Shown here in pieces: positions 1-12,110 of a stretch of 64,000 nucleotides of DNA. A program made the position numbers and the translations under genes. Source of the stretch: Antechinus flavipes (Eukaryota); NCBI RefSeq assembly GCF_016432865.1, contig NC_067398.1:164548001-164612000 (forward strand), written 5' to 3'. Position 1 is the first letter of the stretch; every line of letters starts with the position of its first letter. The notes below the pieces were generated by a model. The model had not been told where the DNA came from, did no database searches, and was given only the letters and a program-made list of their open reading frames with translations.

Positions 1-510
1 CTGGCTCAATCCACATGTATTTATTAATCTCTTTCTATTGCTGGTCATTATGTGAACATAGATTTGGGAATCATTGACATAGGGTAATAATTGAAACCAT
101 AGGAGCAATGAGATCACAAAGGAAGGTGTATAAAGAAAAGAGATTGAGCAATCAATAAGTATTGATTGTTTGCTATGTACCAGATGCTCTATCCTAAGAC
201 TTAGACTATAAAGAAAAACAAAACAGTGTCTGCCCTCAAGAAGATTAGATTCTTTCGGGTAGGAGGGAGAAAATGGAGACATACTCCAAAAAAGAGCTTG
301 GGGATACTCATAATGTACTATAAGACAATACTGAGGACCATTCTAAGCCAATTCTAATAAAGGTGATTCAGTGTTAATTTCTACAAATGTCTAATAAGTG
401 TTGGGCACCTAATATGTGTAAAACACCAGGATGCTCCCTTCCTTTCACTCATTCCAAGGCTCTGAATGATTGCTTCAATAATCCAACTTAAAAAAGAATA
501 CACTCAGTCT

Positions 511-735
511 CAGCTAGTGAGCTTGAAGTCAGGAAGACCTGAGTTCAAGTATAGCCTGAGACACTAGCTATTTAACCCTGAAAAAGTCACTTAAACTCTC
601 AGTTTCCTCCACTGTCAGATGGGGATAATAATAACACTTATCTGCCAGGTTTATTGTGAGTATCAAATAAGATAATATTTGTAAAGTGATTTGGTGTATA
701 ATAGGCACTTTATAAGTGCTTAATTTCTCCCTAAC
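511..735 (+). mobile_element. MIR-like CORE-SINE
   Basis: gaagtcaggaagacctgagttcaag head plus cagtttcctc...gatggggataataataac CORE. Confidence 0.8.
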
Positions 736-789
736 CTCTTTTAAACAAGCCAGTCCACTGACCACTACAGTGACAAGTTAAATCTAATC

Positions 790-950
790 AGGTATTTTGA
801 TTGTCTAATTCAAACACTTCATTTTACAGATGAAGAAGTAGAGATCCAGGAAGGTTAAATATCTTACCTAGAGTGACATAGGGTAAGCAATGGAGACAGG
901 ATTTGAATCAAGATATTTGAACACCAGATTCACTGTTCTTCCCATTGTAC
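790..950 (-). mobile_element. MIR-like CORE-SINE fragment
   Basis: cattttacagatgaagaagtagag...ggatttgaatc is the reverse CORE/head. Confidence 0.7.
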
Positions 951-1017
951 TAATCTGACTCTTTAAAATGTGGCTGAGACATAATGAACCCTAGGAAGCC
1001 CCATAAAAAATAACTGT

Positions 1018-1505
1018 GTGCAATGAGCAGGACCAGGAGATCATTATATACTTCAACAACAATACTATATGATGATCAATTCTGATGGACGTGGCTCTCT
1101 TCAACAATGAGATGAACCAAATAAGTTCCAATCGTTCAATAATGAAGAGAACCAGCTACACCCAGCGAAAGAACTATGGGAAATGAGTGTGAACCACAAC
1201 ATAGCATTTCCAATCCCTCTGTTTTTGTCCGCTTGCATTTTGGTTTTCCTTCTCAGATTATTTTTACCTTATTTCTAAGTCTGATTTTTCTTGCACAGCA
1301 AAATAACTCTATGGATTGTATACATGTATTGTGTTTAACATATACTTTAACATATTTAACATGTATTGGACTACGTGACATCTAGGGGAGGGGATGGGGG
1401 GAAGGAGGAGAAAAGTTGCAACAGAAGGTTTTGCAAGGGTCAATGCTGAAAAATTACCCATGCATATATCTTGTAAATAAAAAAACTATAATAAAAAAGG
1501 AAAAG
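1018..1505 (+). mobile_element. L1 3' end (ORF2 tip, 3'UTR, A-rich tail)
   Basis: gagcaggaccaggagatcattatatacttcaacaac matches 59718-59752 of the L1 in this window; G-rich tract, AATAAA and A tail follow. Confidence 0.9.
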
Positions 1506-2359
1506 AATGCTTACTTTGTACTTACATGTAGCTTCCTGACGATCACCAGATAGGGAATCATATATCTGCTATAGGCTAGAATGTGCTTACACTAAGGTGT
1601 AGGAACTAAAGGCATATACTGAGGATATTAAAAAGCTTGCTGGGCTTGTAATAAATGGAGTCTTCAAAAAAAAAAAGTAACTGACTGCAACTGTCTCTAA
1701 GTATGTATACAATAACCATGTAAACATTGAGAGGAGCAGCATGAAGAGAACATCCCAAATGTATAAGCCAAAGCACCTCACTTGGAAAGTCCTCACACCA
1801 TGGTGGAAATGATTGCACATTGCTAACTGGCAAAACGATGGGAATGATGTGAGTTACAGACAGAGACACTTTTAGCGTGGAAGTGAATTAATTATTGAAG
1901 ATGTAGGTTATGAGCAAGCAGGATAACATCTAGAAGTAATGAATTATTTATACTTTACTGCACCAAATCTAGTGGCTTTGTCTGTCATGTCTTATCTACT
2001 AATTGTGATCTCTGCAGAGAGCTCTTCGTCTTCTGATAATGGGTCTCTTTAAGAAACAGGTCACCAAAAACAAAATCAAAAACCAAACAAACTTCCCTAC
2101 TAATCAGAATTTGCTAAGATTATTTAATGAGAAGACTACAGATAAGGACTCCAACTATTTTGCATAATATTTGTTTGAATTTCTTGAGATACTCAAGTTG
2201 GGGAAAGGGTCCCTAAGCACTCTGCAAAACCCCACAACATGGAAACAATTCTGATTTGATTTCTTTAAGATTTCACATTTAATGGTTACTTAGACTCAAA
2301 ATTCTGACCCTCTGTATATTTCTACTTTGAATGCAGTATTCAGATCAGTAGAAGACAGG

Positions 2360-2990
2360 AAAGTGGCTTATAAGAACCTTTTATGTGCTGGGCACTTTGC
2401 ATTATTTCTGAGGATAGAAACATGAAAATGAACCAGTTTCTGCTGCCTAAGAGCTTACATTCTATCAATGTAGAGAAGTACATACAAAATATATATATTT
2501 TTAAAAAGTAATAGGAGGATGAAGCACTAGAAGTTGGGGTATCAGGAAAGTTTTAAGGTGTCTGAACTGTTTCTTCCCCCTCCCCCCCAGGAAATCATAA
2601 GCAAAACACTTGCCCAGAATCACACCACTGGCAAAGGTCAAGTGCCTGAGGTCAGATTTGAATGCAAGTCCTCCTGATCCCAAGATTAGTACTCTATCCA
2701 CTGTACCACCTGTACCCCTGATTTCAGCTTTGAAGGAAATTAGTGGCTATAAAAAGCAGAAGGGAGGAGGGAGTATATTTCAGGTATAGAAGGAAATCTA
2801 TATGAGGTTAAGAAAATAGGTGATACGATATCACATACAAGAAACAGTAAGAAAACTATTTTAGCCAGGTCATAGAGTGAGTAAAGAAGAATCATTTATA
2901 ATAAAACTATAAAAATGGTTAGTATTATTTCATGAATGTCTTTAAAAACTAAACAAGAAATTTTGTTTGATTCTAGATGTGATAGTGAGC
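2360..2990 (-). mobile_element. L2 3' fragment interrupted by a WSINE1-like SINE (~2592-2717, minus)
   Basis: tatgtgctgggcactttg...cctaagagcttacattcta is a reverse L2 tail; ctgaggtcagatttgaa...ctctatccactgtaccacc is a reverse SINE head. Confidence 0.7.
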
Positions 2991-3289
2991 CATTAGAATT
3001 TTTAAATAAGTTTTTACTAATATTTTCTGGGTTTTTTAGATCACCATAGTTGTCCCAAGTATTCATCTATTCTCCTCCTTTTTCTCTTCCCAGTTAGCCA
3101 TCTCATATGATAAATAATATTTTCCTATAGAGGAAGAATCAGCACAACTTATTGATACATTGAAGAAGCCTGAAAACATGTGCAATATGTAACACCTGTG
3201 AATCTTCCACTTCCAGAAAAGGGTTTTCTTCTCATATTTCTTCATTCAATTCCTGTTTGAGCTTCACAATTTTTGTTACATTTGTTTTT

Positions 3290-4930
3290 TTAAATATTTA
3301 GCTTATTTTTAATTTATGGAATAAAACAAATATTTCCATGACATAGTATGATAAAAAGAGGATTGTACATTAAATTGCAGTTCTGTTATGTACAACTTGC
3401 TATTCCTTTTAAATAGATAATAGTCATCATGTAAATTTTCCCCTCCCCCTTTCCTACTATCATTAGATACAAATATTTGTTATATTTATATATCTATATA
3501 CATATATATATGATTTTATAATAATTTTATACATACTTCTAAAGATCTGTTCCTTCTCTGGATGCAGATAGTGTCTTCCTTCATTTGTCCTTTGTAGTTA
3601 ATTTGGGTATTTACAATAGTTAAAATGATTTATTCATTCACAGTTATTCTTGAAACAACATTTCTATTTTGGTATACAAGGTACTCTTGGTTTTGCTCGT
3701 TTCATTCTTCATTATTTCATGCAAGTCTATCCACGATTTTCTAAACTCATCAATTTCATCATTTCTTATTCCATCACAATCATATACCACAATCTGTTCA
3801 GCCATTCCCCAATTGACAGTCATCCCTGCGATTTCCAATTCTTTGACACCACAAAGAAAGCTGCTATAAGTATTTTGAAACATATATGTTCTTTTCTTTT
3901 TTCCCTAATCACCTAGTAGTATTGCTGGTTCAAAGGGTATAGGCAGTTTAATAACTCTTTGGGCATAATTCCAAATGGTTGCATCAGTCCACAATTCTAC
4001 CAATAATGAATTAGTGTTTTTTCCACATGACCTCCAAAATTTGATGCTTTCCCTGTCAATCATTTTAGCCAATCTGATAGATATAAAATGATACCTCAAA
4101 GTTTTTGTTTGTTTTGGGGTTTTTTGCTGAGGCAATTGGGATTAAGTGACTTGCCAAGGGTTGCACAACTAGGAAGTATTAAGTGCCTGAGACCAGATTT
4201 GAACTCAGGTGCTCTATCCACTTTGCCATCTAACTGCCCTCTCAAAGTTATTTTAACTTGAATTTCTCTAATCAGTAATGATTTAGAGCAGTTTTATGAC
4301 TATTCGATTTTTTATCTACAAATATCCTGTTCAAATCTTTAATCATTTATCAATTAGAGAATGACTTGTATTATAGAATTTACAAAATTATTTATATATT
4401 TGAGATATGAAACCTTTATCTGAGAAACTGACTATAACATTTTTTTTCTCAATTTTCTGATTTCCTTCTACATCTCCTTATATCATTTGCTTTTGGTTTT
4501 TGGTATATATTGGTAAATCTATTGTATACTTTGCTTTCTTGGATGTTTCTTACTTTATTCAGTATCAGTTCATATAGATTTTTCCATGCTTCATATAATG
4601 TTTCATTACACATTTCTTTATTATAATTCAGTAGCAAGCATATTATTACATTCTAATCCTTGGATATCACAAAAAAGTGCTGCTATTAATATTTTGTAGT
4701 ACATGGTGATTTTCATTTTATTGATTGCTTCCTTGGCATATAAAATCCAGTAACAGAGTCTCTAATTCAAAGTATATGGACATTTCAGTCTTTCTATTTA
4801 CATAATTCCAGATTACTTTTCGAAACAGTTGTAGCAGTTCACAGCTCTACAGCAATGTAATTGTATACATTTCCTTCTGCTGCTCCTCCAGTACTGACTG
4901 TAGCTGTTTTTGCCATTTTACCAATTTACA
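3290..4930 (-). mobile_element. Old L1 3'/ORF2 fragments (minus), with a WSINE1-like SINE at ~4105-4240
   Basis: ORF-track pieces MTVNWGMAEQIVV and KTLRYHFISIRLAKM...ELWTDATIWNYAQRVIKLPIPFEPAILLG are L1 ORF2 C-terminal motifs. Confidence 0.85.
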
Positions 4931-5499
4931 TGATAAGAGGTGAAACCTCAGAGCTTTTAGAATTTAAAGCAGTTTGAGGAATGACAGTAACCATAATGCA
5001 TGACAAGAAATCAAGAAAGACTTGGCCAGAGTGACAGGATGGGGAGATTGGATGTTTTTCTTGTTCTATATCAAATAGGTCTTCATAGAATGATTTCGTT
5101 ATTTTAAGTAAGCAAGCTGAATTCCTAAAATTGTTAGTCTATTTTCAAATGTAAGCATTAAAATATACCCTTGCCAATGAATATAATGTCTGCTCTCCTA
5201 ATTTAGAATATATAATTGAGAGTTGTTGACAATCTTTCCTATTCTTCAACCATTATTCCTTTCACCCAAATGCATGTATATATTACACTAGTGTTGCCTA
5301 TCTTTTCTAGTGTACCACTGTCCATCCTGGGCTATTTTCCTCAAACTTACATTCATATTGGTGGGTTGGATTTCTAAAAAATGGTAACTGCCTGAGCTTG
5401 TAGGATCAACCCTGCTAGTCTGCCCTCCTAGCTCCATAGCTCATGAGCCCCCACTGGTGTGCTTCTTGTTAACAATTAGCTAATAGTATCATGGAAATA

Positions 5500-5610
5500 A
5501 CAGTTATGAGCTTGGACAGACTTTGGGAGATAATCAAGGATAAAGGGGTCTAGTGTGCTATAGTCTATGGAATCATGAAAAGTCAGACATGACTGAAAAA
5601 CTGAACTGTT
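5500..5610 (+). mobile_element. BovB/RTE 3' tail fragment
   Basis: atgagcttggacagactttgggagata...aagtcagacatgactgaa; same tail occurs at ~62300-62400. Confidence 0.7.
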
Positions 5611-6019
5611 TTCTTAGTAGTCATTTCATAAAATGGCACAGAAAGAATGATAGCTACAAAACATTCACACCATAATCCTAGAATACACTCTCTCACCATC
5701 CTCTCTTCTCCAGTAGAGGCACTGCTGGAAATGACTTTGGATGCTGATAGTCCTGTATATGATTTATGCTTCTTGTTCCTTATATGAAAAATTGTTAGCT
5801 ATAGTTATGGTAGTACTATCAGTAGTCATTTTCTGAGAAAATACATGCTAACAAAAAACTATCAGTAAGTTACATTTTTAAATGGATTTGTATTTTAGTA
5901 ATCACATATTTGGGGAACAAATTGTTCAGTCTGCATATTCTGATGAGTCTTCAGAGAGCATCTATGGCCCATAAGCTGGGACCACTGCCTTACAGAGTAT
6001 GAAAATCTACCAGCTTTTT

Positions 6020-6206
6020 CAAAATTTATAATAGTTCTATTATGACTGGTATTCCTCTTGCTATCTTGACATACTTCTTTATACTCAATCCAAAGTATCT
6101 TTCTGTTCATGAGATGGTTGAGTGTTTCAAATTCCTTCTGAACTACTGGCTGCTGCTCTCTGTTCTTTATGTGCATCAGACAGCAAATAATATGAATGTA
6201 CTACCC
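6020..6206 (+). repeat. 187-bp segment, copy 1 (identical to 7704-7890)
   Basis: Base-by-base comparison by eye: caaaatttataatag...gaatgtactaccc is identical in both places, offset 1684. Confidence 0.95.
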
Positions 6207-7222
6207 AGTCTTTCTCCATCCCAACCTTTGCCTGTATAGAGGATACATTTTTAAGAACTCTATCCCAAAGGTCCTCATCACTGGCTCATACTTATTTTTA
6301 ATGTCTCATGTCAACATTTAGCTTAAACTTTCTATTCCAGTCCATAATTATTCTCTTAATAGCTTTGCTATGCTTATAATCATGTGAGTTCTAGCTATAT
6401 GGACGTTTTCAGTTTTAAAGATTTTCAATTAATCAAAAACATCAATTAAATGCCAGCTATGTGCCAGTCACTATGACCTGTACAAAGACATATATGAAGA
6501 CAAAATTATTTCAATCCTGGCTTTGGAGAAACTTACAATTTAGCCAGAGGAAAACATCATAAATGTATACAAGTTGTCCCAAAAGTCTGAGTGCAGTTTT
6601 AACTTTTAGTTAGGTAATATAGTATGTCATCCCTCTTAGATATAAGCTCTTTGAAAGCCAGACCTGTGTTACAGCTATAATAATGTAGCAATAAATACAT
6701 ATGTATTTCTTTTTTATTTATAATTTATTATTTTATTATTAATTAATATTTATTTATTATTATTAAATAAATAACAGCAATAAATAAAGTTATTATTTCC
6801 CGGATGCCTATTAAAATCATTGAACATGGTAGATAGTTGTTTCTATCTAGCTCTCAATCTTCCACTTTATTCTTTGGCTTCTATGCTAATGCACAGAATG
6901 CTAAATAAACATCATTGACTTTCACGTTGAAAATGACATACTTTCTGATAGATTATTGTTGATGTTTTCCTAGTTCCAGATTTCCAATTAATTCTCCTTA
7001 GGTATTAACTGATTATCATTGTCTGGACATCAAAATATGTTAAACATGGCTTTTCTTTCCTTTGCATCAGAACTAGGAGCATTCAGAAAAACAAAAAGAG
7101 AAAGGAGACGAGGAAGAGATACACATAACTTTAGCTCCTTGATTGATAATGATTAAACATGGCTACTCCATAGAAACATTAGCTGATAATCAGAAGCACT
7201 TTCCCTTATGCAGTGTGGGATA

Positions 7223-7703
7223 CAGGTGCACTTCATTTTTTTGAGCTTCACACTACTGAGTTTCACAGATACTGCATTTTTTTACAAATGAAATTTTATA
7301 AGCCCTGCTTCAAACAAATCTAAACATTACCATTTTTCCCCAGAGCATATGCTCACATTCTGTCTCTGTGTCACATTTTGATAATTCTTGCAATATTTCA
7401 AATTATTATATTATTATTATATTTGTTATAATGATCTGTGATCACTGACCTTTGGTATTTCTAATTATTTTAGGGCACCACAAACTGCACCTATATGAGA
7501 TGGCAAGCTTAATTATTAAATGTTGTATATGTTTTGACTGCTACACCAAGCTGAGGTTCCCATCACTCTCACTCTCAAGCTTACCTATTCCCTGAGACAC
7601 AGAAAAATTGAAATTAGGCCAATTAATAACTCTGTAATGTCCTCTATATGCTCAAATGAAAAAGAATAATTCTATGCAGCAAACTTCTCAGCAAACTATG
7701 CAG
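7223..7703 (+). mobile_element. Tigger1-like (TcMar) internally deleted DNA transposon, 3' end missing
   Basis: TA followed by CAGG start; cacagatactgcattttttacaaatg, ctgtgtcacattttgataattc and cctattccctgagacaca...gaaattaggccaattaataac match recalled Tigger1 5' sequence. Confidence 0.85.
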
Positions 7704-7890
7704 CAAAATTTATAATAGTTCTATTATGACTGGTATTCCTCTTGCTATCTTGACATACTTCTTTATACTCAATCCAAAGTATCTTTCTGTTCATGAGATG
7801 GTTGAGTGTTTCAAATTCCTTCTGAACTACTGGCTGCTGCTCTCTGTTCTTTATGTGCATCAGACAGCAAATAATATGAATGTACTACCC
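7704..7890 (+). repeat. 187-bp segment, copy 2
   Basis: Identical to 6020-6206; directly abuts the broken Tigger. Confidence 0.95.
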
Positions 7891-8409
7891 TATCTCACTA
7901 AAGAGATGTAAATCAATAATAATATGAAATGTTCCATTGCCAGTGGTCAAGTGATATCTAAACCCTGACTCTGATGGCAGCTTGTTCCTCACTACCTATA
8001 CTCATCACCTTTCCAATATCAGGGTGGCATGAAAAAACAAGATAGATAAGGTTTCTGGTGTATACTTTAAACTCCTTGAGAAGAGAACTTGTGCTTCTAT
8101 TTCTTTTGTGCCAAATGTGTTCTGGGAACCCATTAGGTGTTTGTAAGTATGGCCCACTAAGTTGGTCAAGAAGGCCAAGGTCCATTCTTAGGGCAATTCC
8201 TTAAACTCATAACATCCTCAAATAAATCACTAATTTTTTTCCTAGCTTACGTGAGGTAGCTTAATTTAATGGAAATAATGTTGTGTTTGTATTCATAGAG
8301 TCCTATGAGATTAAATTGGGGATTATTACTTTTTTGTCTTATGTGAACTTGGACAAACTCAGTTTTCTAATCTTTATATCCATTCATGAAGCATTTTATT
8401 AATTGATTG

Positions 8410-8970
8410 TACATGATATGAATATAATGGAATATTATTGTTCTATAAGAAATGCCCCACAGGCTGATTTCAGAAAAGCTTGGAAAGGCTTGCATGAAGT
8501 GATGCTAAGTGAAGTGAGTAGAACCAAGAGAATATTGTACATAGCAACAAGATTATGTGATGGTCAAGTGTGATGGACTTGGCCTTTTTCAACAATGAGG
8601 TCATTCAAGGCAATTCCAATAGACTTGTTAGGGAAAGAGCCATCTACATTGAGAGTGAGAACTATGGAGACTGAATGTGGATTAAAACATACTATTTTCA
8701 CCTTTTTCCTTTGTGTTTGCTTGTTTTTTCTTTCTTTCTCATGTTTTTTTTTTCCTTTTTCTTCTTATCTGATTTTTCTTGCACAGCATGACAAATATGG
8801 AAATATGTTTAGAAGAATTGCACATGTTTAGCCTATAATGGATTGCTTACTGTCTAGGGGAGGGGAGAGGGAGAAAGAGGGAGCAAAATTTGGATCACAA
8901 AGTTTTGTAAGAATGAATGTTGAAAAATATCTTTGCATGTATTTGGAAAAAATGAAAAGCTACTATAAAA
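8410..8970 (+). mobile_element. L1 3' end
   Basis: gcatgaagtgatgctaagtgaagtgagtagaaccaagaga...G-rich tract...A-rich end. Confidence 0.88.
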
Positions 8971-9659
8971 ATGGTTGATATGATCTATATCAAATTACTT
9001 TCTGTCTTGGGAAGGAGGGAAGTGAAGGAGGGAGGGAAGGAGAAAAGAAAATTTGGAACTCAAAATCTTACAAAAATGAATACTGAAAGCTATCTTTACA
9101 TGCAGTTGGAAAAATAAAAATATTATTGAAGAAGCATTTATTAAGCATCTACTGTGTGCCAGGTACTTGCTAATTATACAATGAAAAACAAACAAAAAAC
9201 AGTTCCTGCTCTGAAGAAACTCACAATCCAATGAACACAATCTAATAAGGCTCAGTGACCTTTATAATCTTAGAATCTGTGTATATAAAAGACCAACTAA
9301 CAACACCTACTTTTGCTTATGCTGACTAGTCTCCAAGGCCTTGAGGTCTCCTACTCCTGAGGCTGCCTCTTTCCCCAGTCTCCCTAGCACAATCACAGCA
9401 ATTAAGTATTTCTGCTGTGGGAGCCCAGAGTTCATCCTGAGGGACTGAGAGATGACAGGGCATTTTCCATGGAGAGTCCTTTGCTTGGCTGATTCTTTGT
9501 CCACATGAGTCTGGTAGAGGCTCATTCACCTGCTCCTCTGGCCTTAGAGAGATTAAGTTTTGAAGCCCGAGGCCTAGTTCACTTCCAAAAATTAATAGTT
9601 TAAGTTCAATTTAATTTATATATTATACATTTTATATTATAATATAATAATATTATTAT

Positions 9660-10570
9660 GAGGTTTTTAATTTTTTTATCTAGATCTTTGTTTACATTCA
9701 TATACAGAACTTTTTAATAAGGAAATCTTTTTTATTTATTTTGAGCTCTTTCAAAACCCGGAACCAATTCATTTTTTTCTTGAAGCTTTATTTGTAGCTG
9801 TTTTGATTTTATTGGTTTTTTTTTCCTGAGTTTGTGATTTGATCTTTCATTATAGTAATTTTCTACAATCAGGTTTTTTTTTAATGTTTGCTCATTTTCC
9901 AGCCTTTTTTCTTGACATTGAGCTTGATATTAAAGTTGGGCTCCATTCCTATGAGAGAGGAGTCATTGTCCCAAGCTTCAAGCAACTATTCAAGAATAGT
10001 TCTAGGAGGCTGTAAGTTTTAGTTCTTCCGGGACAACACAATCTAAGGAGAGTTGTGATCACTGCTCTCCTGGCCTATGTTTTAGTCTGTGAGTAACCCC
10101 AAGCACTCTTTTTTTATCCTGGAATTGTGACTAGGGTCCCTGTTCACTGCCCTGGAACTGTGAACCACAACCATGTATGAGCAATGCAATAGTCCTGCAC
10201 CCAGTGCCAACCAAGGATCTCTTGTAATTTCCTTCTGACCAGTATTCTGACCCCCTTACCATCTAAGAGCTCTGGCTGCTGTTGCTAGTAATCCAGTTAT
10301 TCCCAAGGTCTCACTGCTGACTTGTGCTGGACCTGGGGTCTCACTGCTGGCTTGCCAGGAGTGGTCTGTGCTGGACCCATTTTCACCCCAGTGAGACAGA
10401 CTTTTCCTGCCAACCTAAGTTGTTGTTTTGGGCGGGAAAATTGTTTCTCCTTGCCATTTTTGATTCTGCCCCTCCAGAGTTCATTTTGAGGAGTTATTTT
10501 AATGTTTTTGGAGGGGAATTTGGGAGAGCTCAGGTAAGTCCCTGCCTTTATTCTACTGTCTTGGCTCTGA
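9660..10570 (-). mobile_element. Old L1 5'UTR/ORF1-start fragment (minus)
   Basis: T-rich antisense ORF1-like sequence, then a GC-richer 5'UTR-like stretch ending ggggaatttgggagagctcag...ttctactgtcttggctc. Confidence 0.65.
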
Positions 10571-10979
10571 CCAGGAAACCTTCCTTACTGATGTAGATTT
10601 AGACTTGCTTTGTAATCTAGAACCTTTGAGACTTCCTTAAGACACTTCAAGGGTAAATGACTCACCTACCATGTACCCGAAAAAGGATTTAATTCCAGAT
10701 CTACTAGATTCAAAACTGGTTCACTACTGACATTGTCTGTTATAGGTCAAGATGGGAATATTTTATTGTTACAAGAAACTTCCAAAGAGAAAAATTCCTA
10801 CTCCAACGCAGATCAGCACCTTGCTACAACTTAAAGTCTTGGGAAATGTGCTCTGGGGCACAAAGAGTTTGAATAAATTGCCTCCAGTCACTCAACCAGT
10901 TTATATAAAGATGAATAATGTACAGCCTATCTCTCTGAAGCTAACTGGTTAGCCCCCGTGCAAGCAGGTTGTCTAACTA

Positions 10980-11500
10980 GACTATACTTTGTTATATTGT
11001 TCTACTCTATACTATACTACTCTGTATTATATAATATGATTCTATATTAAGCTATACATTTCTATTCTGTACTACATTGTGCTATGCTATTCTAAATATA
11101 CTATTCTATTCCACTGAATATTATGCTATACCATTCTACAGTATACTATAGAAATATTCTATTCTATACTATACTCTATTATATAGCTATATATGATGCT
11201 ATTTTATAATATATCATATTCTGTATTAGAGTATAGTATACTATATAATACTATGTGATAGTATTATATACTATATTATATTACTTTACATACACTGTAT
11301 AGTACTGTATATATACTATACTATACATAATGTACTGTATATTACTGTACTATATAATATATACACATATACTGTACTGTACATTTCATTCTGTTAAAAT
11401 TATATTATTCTATTCTAGGTGATGTTTATAATAGTACTATGTACTATACTATATTATTGATCACTACTCTAATCTCTTCTCTTACTATATTATTCTATAC
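10980..11500. repeat. Degenerate (TACTA/TTCTA)n-type low-complexity tandem array
   Basis: ~5-bp periodicity of ctata, tacta, tattc and tactg units over ~500 bp. Confidence 0.85.
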
Positions 11501-11559
11501 TACACATTGTCTTGCCAAGTATTTTATTTTCATGTTCATGAACTCTGAAATTCCTTTAT

Positions 11560-12110
11560 CTGATCATATTCTTTTATCATCCCATCTTTTCCTCTGTCTT
11601 GTTACTGGTAATCAAAATCTTTTTCTTTACCCTGACTTCCAATTCCCCCACCCTTTAGTTCTTTTCCAGACCAGCAGCCCTAGACTGGTCACATACTCCC
11701 CCCTTCCCTTTCTCAAACTCTTGGTGAATCAATTTGGATTCCTATCTTTATAACTCCAGTATTTTGCCCTCTTGTGCCATCACAGATTATGCCTTGAAAA
11801 ACTCTAACCTTGGATTACTCCCACTGTGTGCTGCGTTCACTTCTCTTCCCATGCTGCTAAATGAAACTATGTCCACTACAAATTTTTCTTACATAATCTC
11901 AGCTGGGCCTTCATTGCAGCAAGGCAATCCTTTCACACCTCCCTACTCAATTCACTCTCCCACTCAGCTCAATGACTATTCCAAACCTTTTCCTGCCTTC
12001 TCAAGTCTCCCATAGCATTGCCTCCTCTCGCCTTCTCAGCTCATACTTCACTGCAAAACTAGAAACTATTTGCTGAGTTTCTCCTCCCTACCTCCTCTTC
12101 ACCACATGTC
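11560..12110 (+). mobile_element. L2 ORF2 fragment
   Basis: Translates across frameshifts to PWITPT...VHYKF...SWAFIAARQSFHTSLLNSLSHS..LFQTFS, typical of L2 ORF2 between EN and RT. Confidence 0.8.

Noticed and set aside
1702-1848. Exon-like unit ending in GAT|GTGAGT
   Set aside because: Weak acceptor, stops in all frames, no supporting evidence.
5895-6176. 93-aa minus-strand ORF (and the plus-strand 65/61-aa ORFs) overlapping the duplicated segment
   Set aside because: No recognisable family and no convincing splice sites; the twin ORFs exist only because the DNA is duplicated.
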